The notes: generated from the sequence alone by a model not told the origin. A stretch of DNA of 64,000 nucleotides from Candidatus Latescibacterota bacterium (GCA_965208835.1 OZ242358.1:3168001-3232000); one strand, 5' to 3'. Counted from the stretch's first letter, positions 46,985-55,732 are shown. Translations and numbers: made by a program.

Positions 46985-47539
46985 TCAGACGCGGCCACTG
47001 ACATCCCGCACCACACCCCGACCGGTTCCCTGCTTCAGTTCATTCAGAAACCGCGCCACGTCGCCCCGCGACCTCAAGATCACGACGTTCTTATCGTTTG
47101 TGACCCGTTCCAGGTCATCCAGAATCCCAGGAAGCCGTGTCCTGTTGTAGTTCCAGATCCAATCGAGGAATTCCAGATCGGGCAACTGCTCCCGGCAGCC
47201 GGGGTTCAAGTCCGGCCGGCTGCGACCCAGATGCCTGATGGCCCGCTTAAATACCCGAAAGAGACAGGTGAATCGGGGCAGCGCCAGCAGGACCACCGTG
47301 TCGCTTGCCGCTATCCTCTGTTTCATCGTACTTCCGTAGTTTCCGTCCAGAATCCAGGTCTCGCGCTCGAGGAGCTCCCCGTGTTGGCGCTGCCAGACGT
47401 CCCTGGGGGGCTTCTCCCAGTTCGGCCTCCAATGTACGGCGTCGAGATGGACGACCGGCAGGTCCAGCAGAGTTCCGAGCTTGACCGCCAGTGTGGACTT
47501 TCCCGAACCCCCGCAACCGATGATGCAGACCCTTCGCAT
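46985..47539 (-). CDS. P-loop kinase, FlaR/topology-modulation-protein-like
   Basis: IIGCGGSGKSTLA, HLD--HW-PNW, WILDGNY, RPDLNPGCRE. Confidence 0.85.
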   Translation of the reverse strand: MRRVCIIGCGGSGKSTLAVKLGTLLDLPVVHLDAVHWRPNWEKPPRDVWQRQHGELLERETWILDGNYGSTMKQRIAASDTVVLLALPRFTCLFRVFKRAIRHLGRSRPDLNPGCREQLPDLEFLDWIWNYNRTRLPGILDDLERVTNDKNVVILRSRGDVARFLNELKQGTGRGVVRDVSGRV

Positions 47540-47853
47540 AATCGATTTGCCGTTTTCTGTGTTGGTTTCTGGCTGCATGTTTTCCTGGTTCATCTCCCGC
47601 CGGATAAGGGAATCCTCATTCAGCCTCCTGAATCCGGCCCGTATCAGCGATGTGGATGTCTTCGTCCTGTCTTGAGTCGAAGTATCGGCATAGACGATGG
47701 GTGTGGTGATTCGACAAATTGGATCCCCCCTTTGGTTCTCATTCCCACACATGGAATGAGTGATATTAATGCTTGTTAAACAATAATCCGGGGGAGTAAT
47801 TCGGTTCATATGAGCGCATGCGCGCCTCCCGATGCCCAGGTAGACGCCAGGCG

Positions 47854-48714
47854 TCACTTCCAGCACAAGTCCGAAACGACCGGATAGTGATCGCTGGGGT
47901 AGAGCGAACCCTGGTGGCTTCGGACAATCTCGGACTTCTCCACGTCGACCCGCAGACCGGGATAGCGAAACAGGACCCAGTCCAGACGCCAGGAAAGATG
48001 ATGGAGCATCGGGTCGTATGCCGTTCCTGCGTAACCGTGATAGGTATTCGACGCCGCTCCGTCGCGAAGTCCGGCACGCTGGAACGCATCTTCGAAACCT
48101 GCCGCAAGCAGGATTCGGTGTACCGCGTCGGTAATCGTGCTGCCGGCTGCGGCGGCGGCCTCCACCTCAGGCGTCCACGGATTGCAGTTGAAGTCTCCGG
48201 TCAACAGCTGGAGTTCACCGCCTTCTGCAGCACCGGAGATCCACCGGTTCACCAGAGATGCGCCCCCGGTCCGGGCCCGTTCGCTGATGTGATCCAGATG
48301 GGTATTGACGTGGAGGAAGTCCAGGCCTTTCGCGAGGTCGTGAAAACGGACCCAGGTTGCGGTCCGGACGCAGGCGGAATCCCAGGACCTTGAGTAGCAC
48401 TCCGGCGTGGTGCTGAGCCAGAATCCGCCCCTCGAGTGCGGCTGAAGTCGCTCACGCCGCCAGAAGACCGGGTTGAAGAGGTGGGGCGGGTCGTTCGCGT
48501 GCGGGCCCTGGAAGCTGTCGTACGCCGTCAGCGCTTCGCCGAACGTGGCGAAATTCGGCCACTGCGTTTCCTGAAAGCCGATCAGGTCCGGCGACGCGTC
48601 TTCGATCACGTCGCAGACCAGTTGCGAGCGGCCGGAACCTATCCATGCGTTCTCCGGCTCATGTTCGTCGCAACCGCCGGCGAGGTTAAGGCTCATCACG
48701 CGAAGTCCGGACAT
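47854..48714 (-). CDS. Endonuclease/exonuclease/phosphatase family protein
   Basis: VMSLN, PDLIGFQE, FWLS, NTHLD, TGDFN, LDWV, SDHYPV. Confidence 0.88.
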   Translation of the reverse strand: MSGLRVMSLNLAGGCDEHEPENAWIGSGRSQLVCDVIEDASPDLIGFQETQWPNFATFGEALTAYDSFQGPHANDPPHLFNPVFWRRERLQPHSRGGFWLSTTPECYSRSWDSACVRTATWVRFHDLAKGLDFLHVNTHLDHISERARTGGASLVNRWISGAAEGGELQLLTGDFNCNPWTPEVEAAAAAGSTITDAVHRILLAAGFEDAFQRAGLRDGAASNTYHGYAGTAYDPMLHHLSWRLDWVLFRYPGLRVDVEKSEIVRSHQGSLYPSDHYPVVSDLCWK

Positions 48715-48776
48715 TCCTGAGTCCTTTAATGCAAGTTTCGTGCCGATATCGGTTAGGGCAATAGAAAACCCACGGT

Positions 48777-49082
48777 CTATCGACCGCGGATGTGCGGACG
48801 CACTTCCCGGTCCAGCCGTTCCGAGAGCACGTCCTCGGCGACTTCCAGCTCAAAGTTTGTCTGAATGTTCATCCAGAATCGGGGGGACGTGTAGAAATAC
48901 CGGGCGAGTCTCAGCGCCGTATCCGCGGTTATGCCGCGTTTGCCGAGGACGATCTCGTTTATGCGACGCGGCGGCACCCCGATGGAAAGCGCCAGTTGGT
49001 TCTGGCTGAGATCCATCGGCTCGAGAAACTGTTCCTGCAATATTCTCCCGGGATGAACGGGAACCGTTTCTCCAGCGGACAT
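48777..49082 (-). CDS. higA: HigA-family antitoxin (no adjacent higB)
   Basis: PVHPGRIL-EQFLEP, RRINEIV-GKRGITADTALRLARYF-TS--FWMN-Q. Confidence 0.92.
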   Translation of the reverse strand: MSAGETVPVHPGRILQEQFLEPMDLSQNQLALSIGVPPRRINEIVLGKRGITADTALRLARYFYTSPRFWMNIQTNFELEVAEDVLSERLDREVRPHIRGR

Positions 49083-49167
49083 AGCCGTTTTCTCCAGAGC
49101 GATCGATTGCGACGCCACAGGCGGTGCCGGAATTCCCGATTTTCGTGGGATCGCACAATATACATAT

Positions 49168-49316
49168 TTTATAACGTTTTCCGTTAAATGACAAGTATTA
49201 AATTATAAGCGTTAAATAGAAACCGTTAAATGTTTTTCATTAAATGTATATCATTTAACGTATTATCTTAAATGTAATCCGTTTAACTATATACATTAAA
49301 CGGATTACGTTATAAA
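49168..49316. promoter_or_regulatory. AT-rich island with repeated CGTTAAAT-like boxes and nested inverted repeats
   Basis: TTTATAACGT(49168)...ACGTTATAAA(49316); GTAATCCGTTTAA-N9-TTAAACGGATTAC (49274-49308); CGTTAAAT at 49182, 49210 and 49224, inverted at 49253. Confidence 0.6.
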
Positions 49317-49398
49317 CAATGCAGACGCGATGCAAGGCGAAATACAGACAGCGCTGTGAGGAAACTAGCTGTCAGCTAAAATCGGTGAGACGTAAGCC

Positions 49399-49503
49399 GG
49401 TAGACGGGAGAGATTTCCTGCCCTGTAAGGTTTCTTCTCATGCCGCAGGCAAGTCGGAGGAACAGATCGGCAATGGTTTGTTCTCCCGTCTCACCTCTCC
49501 CCT
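49399..49503 (-). repeat. Long-hairpin repeat family B, copy 3
   Basis: Starts right after the methyltransferase TAG. Minus strand ...GAGACGGGAGAAC...TTGCCTGCGGCATGAGAAGAAACCTTACAGGGCAGG...CTCCCGTCT. Confidence 0.7.
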
Positions 49504-50196
49504 CTAACGGTTTTTGGTCAGCCGCAGCATGTTAGTATCGCCCCGACGGAATTCGAATGGAACCGGCACCACCTCAATGTCTGCGCATTCTTGCATGGTG
49601 CGGATCGTACCGTCCAGATGCCTCGAACGTTTACCCGCCATGTCCAACAACGGATACACCCGGACCTCGCGCCCAACCCGAAGCAGTTCCCGCAGGTACG
49701 ATATGTGAGTCTCGGTATCGAACTCCTCGGAGTAGAGAAACAGCAGGTGGGAACAGAGGACAAGATCGAAGGATTTGGCCCGGAAGGGCAAGTCTGGAAG
49801 ATGCCCGGCAACGTAACGGCCGCTTGCGGCGGCCGAGCGGAAGTCGCGCAGAAAGATTGAGAGGACGTCGCGGCGCAGCCTCACGACCGTTTCGGGGCTT
49901 TCATAGTGGTCCCAGATAAACCGTGCGTACGCTTCTCGCGCGCCCTTGAGCATGCTCGCGGACGTGGATTCGAAATCCGCCTCGATATTGCGGCCGGAAA
50001 GCCTGTACACGGGATCGACGGCGACGACGAATCGCCCGGTTCCGCCCCATTCGGCCGCGAACGACGACGGTCCTCCACCGCAGTCCAGGACCCGCGCGGA
50101 CGAGGGGACGTCGGACAATGCGAAGAACGCCTCGTATTCGGCCGCGCTCCGCCCCCAGGCGGGAACGGCTCCACCAAAGTCGAATTCATTTGGCAT
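49504..50196 (-). CDS. SAM-dependent methyltransferase
   Basis: GRS--EY--FF, VLDCGGGPSSF, LPF---FDLVLCSHLLFLY. Confidence 0.85.
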   Translation of the reverse strand: MPNEFDFGGAVPAWGRSAAEYEAFFALSDVPSSARVLDCGGGPSSFAAEWGGTGRFVVAVDPVYRLSGRNIEADFESTSASMLKGAREAYARFIWDHYESPETVVRLRRDVLSIFLRDFRSAAASGRYVAGHLPDLPFRAKSFDLVLCSHLLFLYSEEFDTETHISYLRELLRVGREVRVYPLLDMAGKRSRHLDGTIRTMQECADIEVVPVPFEFRRGDTNMLRLTKNR

Positions 50197-50243
50197 GAAC
50201 GCGCAAACCCGGACCGGGAATAATCAAGACAACATTCAACTCA

Positions 50244-50275
50244 CACAAAGACACAAAGGCGCAAAGCCACAAAGA
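50244..50275. repeat. Octamer tandem repeat (CRCAAAGN) x4
   Basis: CACAAAGA CACAAAGG CGCAAAGC CACAAAGA. Confidence 0.75.
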
Positions 50276-50279
50276 AAAA

Positions 50280-50500
50280 GCAGAGAAAGACCATAAGACA
50301 AGAGCAAAAACCAAAATCAGGAACCGCCGCCCAGACAACTCTCCCCGGCCCCAAAGAATCGGGTAGACGCAAGACGGGAGAAGGTACAGACTTCCTGCCC
50401 ATTGAGGTTTCTTCTCGTGCCGCAGGCAAGGAGGAATAACATACCGGGCAAGGGCTTCTTCTACCGTCTCACCTCTGCCGTCTCCCCGCATCTCTTCCAC
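50280..50500 (-). repeat. Long-hairpin repeat family B, copy 4 (overlaps the 3' end of the NUDIX-GrpB gene)
   Basis: Minus strand TTGCCCGGTATGTTATTCCTCCTTGCCTGCGGCACGAGAAGAAACCTCAATGGGCAGG...GGGGCCGGGGAGAG. Confidence 0.75.
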
Positions 50501-51476
50501 CCGCTACCCTCTCACGGCCTGTTTTGATGACCTCTTCGATAAACCCCGCTTTGCCGGTCTGATAGGACTTGCGGTCCTTTGGAAATCGATTCGCCAGGTC
50601 CCGTTTCAGCCTGCTGTAGTCTTCCGCAAGGCTTCGGTTCGATCTCAGGCAATCCCGGAAAAGGATCATATCTTTCCAATCGGTGCTGGTTTTTTCGAAC
50701 ATATGTATCTGATGCGTGCGGGGATCACCCTTGCCGAAATAGTGCCTCCGAGGGATGCCGTTTTCTCCCCTGAACTCGTACCCGATCCCGGCAAGCGGCT
50801 CAATGCAGATCGTCGCTTCGTCAATGTCCTCGACGGCGACCGCAACGTCCAGCTTTGGCTTCGCGCACATCCCCGGGATGGACGTGCTGCCGACATGCTG
50901 GATATCCTCCACGTAATCACCAATCGCTTCTTCGATATTCTCCTTCTCCAATTCGAACAGGACGTTCCATTCATCCCGATAGGGCGAAACCGACACATCT
51001 CCACCCTTCAACCCGAGCAACTGTCCTTCGCTGAACAGTTCCGGTATCCGTTCACGGGTCAGAAAGGTCCGCAGTTCCGGATCCACCCTGGATATGGAGT
51101 CGATTGAGACCCACGAGAATGCAAAAATAACGCCGGATTCCGGGCCCACCGTTCCAATGTGCTCCCATTCGTCCGGCAAGTCAGAATCGGCCCTGAACAG
51201 GTAGTCCGTCCGTTCTACGTCTGACTGGATGTAGGGTTTGAAGTATCGGGTCGTCCCGATTTTCCGGATAAACCGCAGTTCTTCGATCCCCGACTCTTCG
51301 AGGGTTTCGCGGTGCGCGGCCTGAAGCGGCGATTCATCGCCTTCCAGGTTCCCACCAGGAAGTCGATAGTATTCGTACCCGATGGATTTGAGCTCGAGGA
51401 CCAGCAGTTCACATCGCTCATCCGCACTATACCTTATGATGTACGCAAATGCCTTATGGACGAGAGACCTGGTCAT
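50469..51476 (-). CDS. NUDIX hydrolase fused to a GrpB/UPF0157 nucleotidyltransferase-fold domain
   Basis: LPGGNLEGDESPLQAAHRETLEESG Nudix box; QHVGSTSIPGMCAKPKLD, FRD-LR, Y--LK--LA, Y--GK. Confidence 0.87.
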   Translation of the reverse strand: MTRSLVHKAFAYIIRYSADERCELLVLELKSIGYEYYRLPGGNLEGDESPLQAAHRETLEESGIEELRFIRKIGTTRYFKPYIQSDVERTDYLFRADSDLPDEWEHIGTVGPESGVIFAFSWVSIDSISRVDPELRTFLTRERIPELFSEGQLLGLKGGDVSVSPYRDEWNVLFELEKENIEEAIGDYVEDIQHVGSTSIPGMCAKPKLDVAVAVEDIDEATICIEPLAGIGYEFRGENGIPRRHYFGKGDPRTHQIHMFEKTSTDWKDMILFRDCLRSNRSLAEDYSRLKRDLANRFPKDRKSYQTGKAGFIEEVIKTGRERVAGGRDAGRRQR

Positions 51477-51665
51477 GGGTTTACAGTGCCGGGCATGTTA
51501 ATGGGCGGCGCAATGGTCTGCTCGTGCCCTGACCGATACCATTATACGCCAATCGCCGATCGGATGGCTGCCAGCGTTTCGGCGGGCGTCTGATTGCTGT
51601 TGTCGATTACTGTTCCGATACCGGGATCGACATGGGGCATTCGATATGGGCATCGTGCGCGACCG

Positions 51666-52433
51666 TCAATCAATGAGTCCCCAGAGCCGCTTGCGCTCCG
51701 GAGTCCAGTCGTGCCATTCGGGATGCACGTGTTTGAGCGCAGCCAGATCTCGCCTGCGCCCGCCGGCGGGATAGTAGTTCCAGCCCATCGCGCGGCGCGG
51801 CCCGGCGGCCGTCTTGAGGCCTGTGGCGTGCCAGCATGACGGGGTCCACACCAGCGTCCATCGGGGGTCGAGGATAACCTCCACTTCGTGCGGGTGGCGG
51901 GCGAAAAACTGACCGGGCATTTCGTCGTGCGTCCCGGTGGCCAGTTCGAGCTGCAGAAGTTCGGCCGTGACCTCCTCCGGGGGGCGGTGCTGGCTGCCGG
52001 GCAGCACCCGGAGCGGACCGTTGCTGGCGTCGTGGCGGTCGAGGGCGGTACGAAAGGACACCTGCCGGACTTCCGGGCCGCCGTCCACGTGCCACGCCAC
52101 CTGGCGCCTTTCGCCCCGTTGCACCTTCGAAGCGTCGCCGATGCCGCAGGCCCCCACATGCACCTTCTCAACGCCCAGAATCCGCCTCGCCGCATCCACG
52201 AGGTCGTGCCGCTCCACCATTTGCAGCACCGGTTCGCCGATCATCAGGAAGAGACACGCCAACCGGTTGCAGCCCGCCGGGAACTCCGTGCGCTCCCATT
52301 CCGGTTCCACTTCCTGCTGCCTGCTGTCGACTTTCCGCACACCCTGCGCCCCCAAAGGGTTCGGGATGAGGAAGAACCCGTTTCGCTCGAAGTGCGCCAA
52401 CTGGTCGTCGCTGATCTCCAGGCGATTCTCCAT
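51666..52433 (-). CDS. PhyH-family Fe/2OG dioxygenase
   Basis: FERNGFF, WHVD, ALD--D-SNGPLRVLPGSQ, WHA, RR. Confidence 0.82.
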   Translation of the reverse strand: MENRLEISDDQLAHFERNGFFLIPNPLGAQGVRKVDSRQQEVEPEWERTEFPAGCNRLACLFLMIGEPVLQMVERHDLVDAARRILGVEKVHVGACGIGDASKVQRGERRQVAWHVDGGPEVRQVSFRTALDRHDASNGPLRVLPGSQHRPPEEVTAELLQLELATGTHDEMPGQFFARHPHEVEVILDPRWTLVWTPSCWHATGLKTAAGPRRAMGWNYYPAGGRRRDLAALKHVHPEWHDWTPERKRLWGLID

Positions 52434-52436
52434 GAC

Positions 52437-53513
52437 TCAAGCCCTCGCTACGGTTAATTCAGCCAGTTTGTCCTCATCGAGTTCCACGCCCAGGCCAGGG
52501 CCCTCGAGCGGTGTCAGATAGCTGCCTTCTGCCCTCACGCGTTCCCTGGCCGGCGACGCCATATAAAGCAGCGGACCCATCGGATCGCACGGCAACCGGA
52601 CCTGCGGTGAGGTGATGCCCACGGCGATCTGGGCGCTCATGCCCAGCGTGGACTCCTGGTCGGTGCCGATGAGGCAGGGCAGGCCCGCCGCCTCCCCCAC
52701 CGCCAGGATGCGCTTGACATGGGTGAGGCCGCCGGACACACAGGCCACGTTGAACGCTGTACATGCGCCCCGTTCGGCCGCCTCCCGCGCCTGCTGCAGG
52801 GAGCCGATATGCCATGTCACGGGCAGATCGACGCGTTTGGTGAACTGCGCACTGGAACGCATGTCATATGTCGGCTGCTCGAAGTGATACGGGTCGTGAC
52901 GCCGCAGTCTGTCGCCATAGCGGAGCACCTCCACCCAGTCGCTGAAGCGTCCGGAGAAGTCGATTGACTTGAGCCGGATGAGGTCGCCGTGCCTGGACTT
53001 CATCTCGGTGAGGAAGCGGTCGTCGAGGTCCACGTCGCCGGAGACGTAGTAGCGGAACAGATGGTGACCCAGGTCCACCAGGCGCTGCAGGTAGGATCCG
53101 GCGCGTTCGAAGTCCTCCAGCACCTGAAATCCGAAGATCGGGTAGCAGCAGTAAAGCGAGTCCCGCACCTTGCCGCCAAGCATCTGGTACACGGGTACGC
53201 CCTGTACCTTACCGTTGAGATCGTAGAGCGCCAGATCGACGGCGCTGGCCACATGCGGATCTGAGACCGTGCTGTTCCAGCTCCGGGCGCGAGCAAAGTC
53301 GTTGATCTCGACGATGCGACGGGCGTCGCGACCCTTCAGTTGCTCGTTCAGCTGCCGCGCCAGGGCCGGCACGTCGGCGCACCGGCTGTCCGACGCTTCA
53401 CCGAGGCCGATCGGACCGTCGTCCACGTGGACCCTGAGCAATACGTGTCCGGAAATTTGGCCGTAGTAGCGCGGGGTCTCGATCTGGATGACTTCGATAC
53501 GGTCGATTCTCAC
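52437..53513 (-). CDS. Mandelate racemase/muconate lactonizing enzyme family protein
   Basis: GLGE, AVDLALYDL-GK--GVPVYQMLGG, FEQP, GPGLGVELD. The active-site segment is divergent. Confidence 0.85.
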   Translation of the reverse strand: MRIDRIEVIQIETPRYYGQISGHVLLRVHVDDGPIGLGEASDSRCADVPALARQLNEQLKGRDARRIVEINDFARARSWNSTVSDPHVASAVDLALYDLNGKVQGVPVYQMLGGKVRDSLYCCYPIFGFQVLEDFERAGSYLQRLVDLGHHLFRYYVSGDVDLDDRFLTEMKSRHGDLIRLKSIDFSGRFSDWVEVLRYGDRLRRHDPYHFEQPTYDMRSSAQFTKRVDLPVTWHIGSLQQAREAAERGACTAFNVACVSGGLTHVKRILAVGEAAGLPCLIGTDQESTLGMSAQIAVGITSPQVRLPCDPMGPLLYMASPARERVRAEGSYLTPLEGPGLGVELDEDKLAELTVARA

Positions 53514-53545
53514 GAGCTTCTCCAGGCTACGCGCAGAACCGGTTC

Positions 53546-53640
53546 ATTCACAACGCGAAATCTTACATGGTTGGACAAGATGAAGAGCCAAAGCCGACCA
53601 GGATTAAGCAGGATTACAAGGATCAGGCTGGATTACAAGC
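53546..53640 (+). repeat. Repeat family C, copy 3, followed by CAGGATT-type short repeats
   Basis: ATTCACAACGCGAAATCTTACATGGTTGGACAAGATG, then CAGGATTAAG CAGGATTACAAGGAT...GGATTACAAG. Confidence 0.55.
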
Positions 53641-53821
53641 AAAAAACAGGATCAAATCGACCGATATTTGCAGGACTAAAGACCAGGTGCAAGATCAAAA
53701 CCTGGTGATGTTCAGCCGCGGCCAAACAAGCGCAAATTCACACACGACGGATTGACCGTCCAATGACTCCCCCATGAGGGGGAGTCACAGAATCCGAACC
53801 TCAACTTACAAGGTAGGTTCT

Positions 53822-54394
53822 TTACGCCGAATCACCAAGCGGGAACGTCAACCTCCTTTGGAACCGGAAACTCCCGTCGGGGACCATATACACCAACCGG
53901 TCGCACAGGAAGGAGCCGACGGGCGCCGTATCCTGAAGCCTCGCGCAGAGTTGAAGGCTCTCTTCAATGGAGATGAACTCGGCGACCGTCATATGCGGCG
54001 CAATGCCACGTCGGCGATGGGCTTCGTCCGCAAAGCCCGACGTGCCGTGAAGCATATGCTTCAGGCGTTCGATGGGTTCCCGCGGCGTAATGCGATACGC
54101 GACACCCGGGTGCCGCGTGGAGGCATAAAGCTTTTTATAGTGAAGCTCGAACGGCCGGATCTCGGATAGGACGCCGTGGATTTCGCCGGCAAGCGCGGGA
54201 CTCATTTCGCAGCACAGCGGATCGGACAATGAGATGTGCGCCGGACACCACGCCGCCGAGCGGGGATCATACCGTGCCCGCAGGGAATCAACCTCCCGCG
54301 ACACGTCGGGCGGCGGCAGGATCAGGATCACTCCCAGCCGGTAGCCGCGCTGCCAGTCTTCCCACTTCGATGTATCCGTTGCATAGGTGATCAC
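53822..54394 (-). CDS. 2H phosphoesterase (2'-5' RNA ligase superfamily)
   Basis: Two HxS/T motifs, PAHISL and PHMTVA. Start uncertain. Confidence 0.82.
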   Translation of the reverse strand: MITYATDTSKWEDWQRGYRLGVILILPPPDVSREVDSLRARYDPRSAAWCPAHISLSDPLCCEMSPALAGEIHGVLSEIRPFELHYKKLYASTRHPGVAYRITPREPIERLKHMLHGTSGFADEAHRRRGIAPHMTVAEFISIEESLQLCARLQDTAPVGSFLCDRLVYMVPDGSFRFQRRLTFPLGDSA

Positions 54395-54900
54395 AATGAA
54401 CTCCTGACCGTCGGCGGCGCAGGCGCGTTTCGATGGCACGCCGTTTGCGCGATTGAACCGGCAGTATGACAATTCCGGTCGGCTTGAATTTGCAGAATAA
54501 ACGACGTTTGTTGTCAATATATTATTGAAAATAAATATCTTATTAGTGACATCCCTTGAATCTGAACTGAAATCCTGCTAAATGCATCCTCAATTGCGAG
54601 GGTACGACTGTCTGCATCTTTCCTCTCGAATTGCACATAGGTTTTCAATACAATTCACTGCTGTCCGAAAACCGTGGGACTCTCGGACTCAAGGTTCGAA
54701 TAGTGGCTTCAATTGGCGATCGTGTGAGAGCTTGACCCGGATAACGAACACCCGGTTGCCATCGGTGATCCATATCCTCTTATCGGATAAACTTGAGAGG
54801 CGTTGGGACTGTTGAAGGATGGACGAATGCGCATTGCTACCGCTATTCTTCATTCAGCTGTTACACACGAAGCCGTGATCAAGGACCTGTTAGTGGCTTT

Positions 54901-55515
54901 TCAAAAAACATAATAACAATGCCGACTCACCGCATTTTCAAACCTGCTGCCCTCTTGTTCCCGTAGCCTGTTCCATACAGCAATAGTACCTAGATTATCC
55001 TCCATGGCCCGATGTGCCTGCAATTTACGATAACCGCACCAGTCCATCGCATTCTGCAATCTATATGTATTCTTTACATATTTTTCAAGGCCGCGAATCT
55101 CACGATACAGTTCCATTACGCACACAAACAGACCTGCAGCCGCCACGACGTGCGAAGGTAGAAATTGCAGTTCAAATTCCGCGTTATAAACCGCCACGAC
55201 TCTGTCACGAATCGCGGCCCTTATTGCAGGAACCTGATCTTCAAATGTCGAAGAATGCGCGACCGTCTGTGGACTTATTCCATGTATCCCTTGAGCCTCC
55301 GGCCAGGATTCAGTAAAGACCGGTTTTATATATTCATTCATAATTTCACGGCCATCGTAATCGGCTATCGCAATCTCCACAATTTCATCGTCCTCATAAA
55401 GACCTGTGGTTTCAATATCAAGAAATACGGGTCTGCTGATGTCCACGACCTTTCCATCGTGTCGCTCCAGCATATTCCCCTCCAGTTGAGCAGTGTGCTC
55501 TTGCCGCATGTGCAT
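54901..55515 (-). CDS. DEDDh 3'-5' exonuclease (DnaQ-like)
   Basis: FLDIETTG, IVEIA, IHGI, YNAEFE, HRAMED. Visibly lower GC than the flanks. Confidence 0.85.
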   Translation of the reverse strand: MHMRQEHTAQLEGNMLERHDGKVVDISRPVFLDIETTGLYEDDEIVEIAIADYDGREIMNEYIKPVFTESWPEAQGIHGISPQTVAHSSTFEDQVPAIRAAIRDRVVAVYNAEFELQFLPSHVVAAAGLFVCVMELYREIRGLEKYVKNTYRLQNAMDWCGYRKLQAHRAMEDNLGTIAVWNRLREQEGSRFENAVSRHCYYVF

Positions 55516-55547
55516 TCAAACTATCAGCGCAGACGACGAAAATCAAC

Positions 55548-55583
55548 AAAAACCCCCGACCCTTTCACATGGTCGGGGATCTT
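55548..55583 (-). terminator. Intrinsic terminator
   Basis: Minus strand GATCCCCGACC-N9-GGTCGGGGG followed by TTTTT. Confidence 0.72.
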
Positions 55584-55586
55584 TCT

Positions 55587-55689
55587 GGCCGCGATTTCCA
55601 AACTCGACACTGGGTCACGCCAGGAAACATCGAGCTCCAATGTAGCCCTGGCTACATTGGCCCTGGAAGAGAATCCTGCATCCGCGGCC
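55587..55689 (-). ncRNA. Candidate structured RNA (three-way junction), family not recognised
   Basis: Outer stems GGCCGCG/CGCGGCC and TTCCA/TGGAA, hairpin CCAATGTAGCC/GGCTACATTGG, second arm CTCGATG/TGTCGAG plus CTGG/CCAG. G-U pairs work only on the minus strand. Confidence 0.45.
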
Positions 55690-55732
55690 GTTGGAAGCCC
55701 GAAACGGAAACACGATCAACGGACCCACGCGA

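Noticed and set aside
49160-49320. CRISPR array/leader or oriC
   Set aside because: The repeats are 8-13 bp and irregularly spaced, with no unique spacers, cas genes or clear DnaA boxes.
51627-51653. Short tandem duplication CGACATGGGGCAT/CGATATGGGGCAT
   Set aside because: Only two units with no other copies seen; probably a local slippage event.
54670-54715. GGTTCGAAT resembling a tRNA T-loop
   Set aside because: No flanking T-stem or cloverleaf can be formed.
55587-55689. c-di-GMP riboswitch, SRP RNA or retron msr-msd as the identity of the structured element
   Set aside because: Diagnostic conserved loops are missing and there is no reverse transcriptase nearby. It is kept only as an unassigned candidate.
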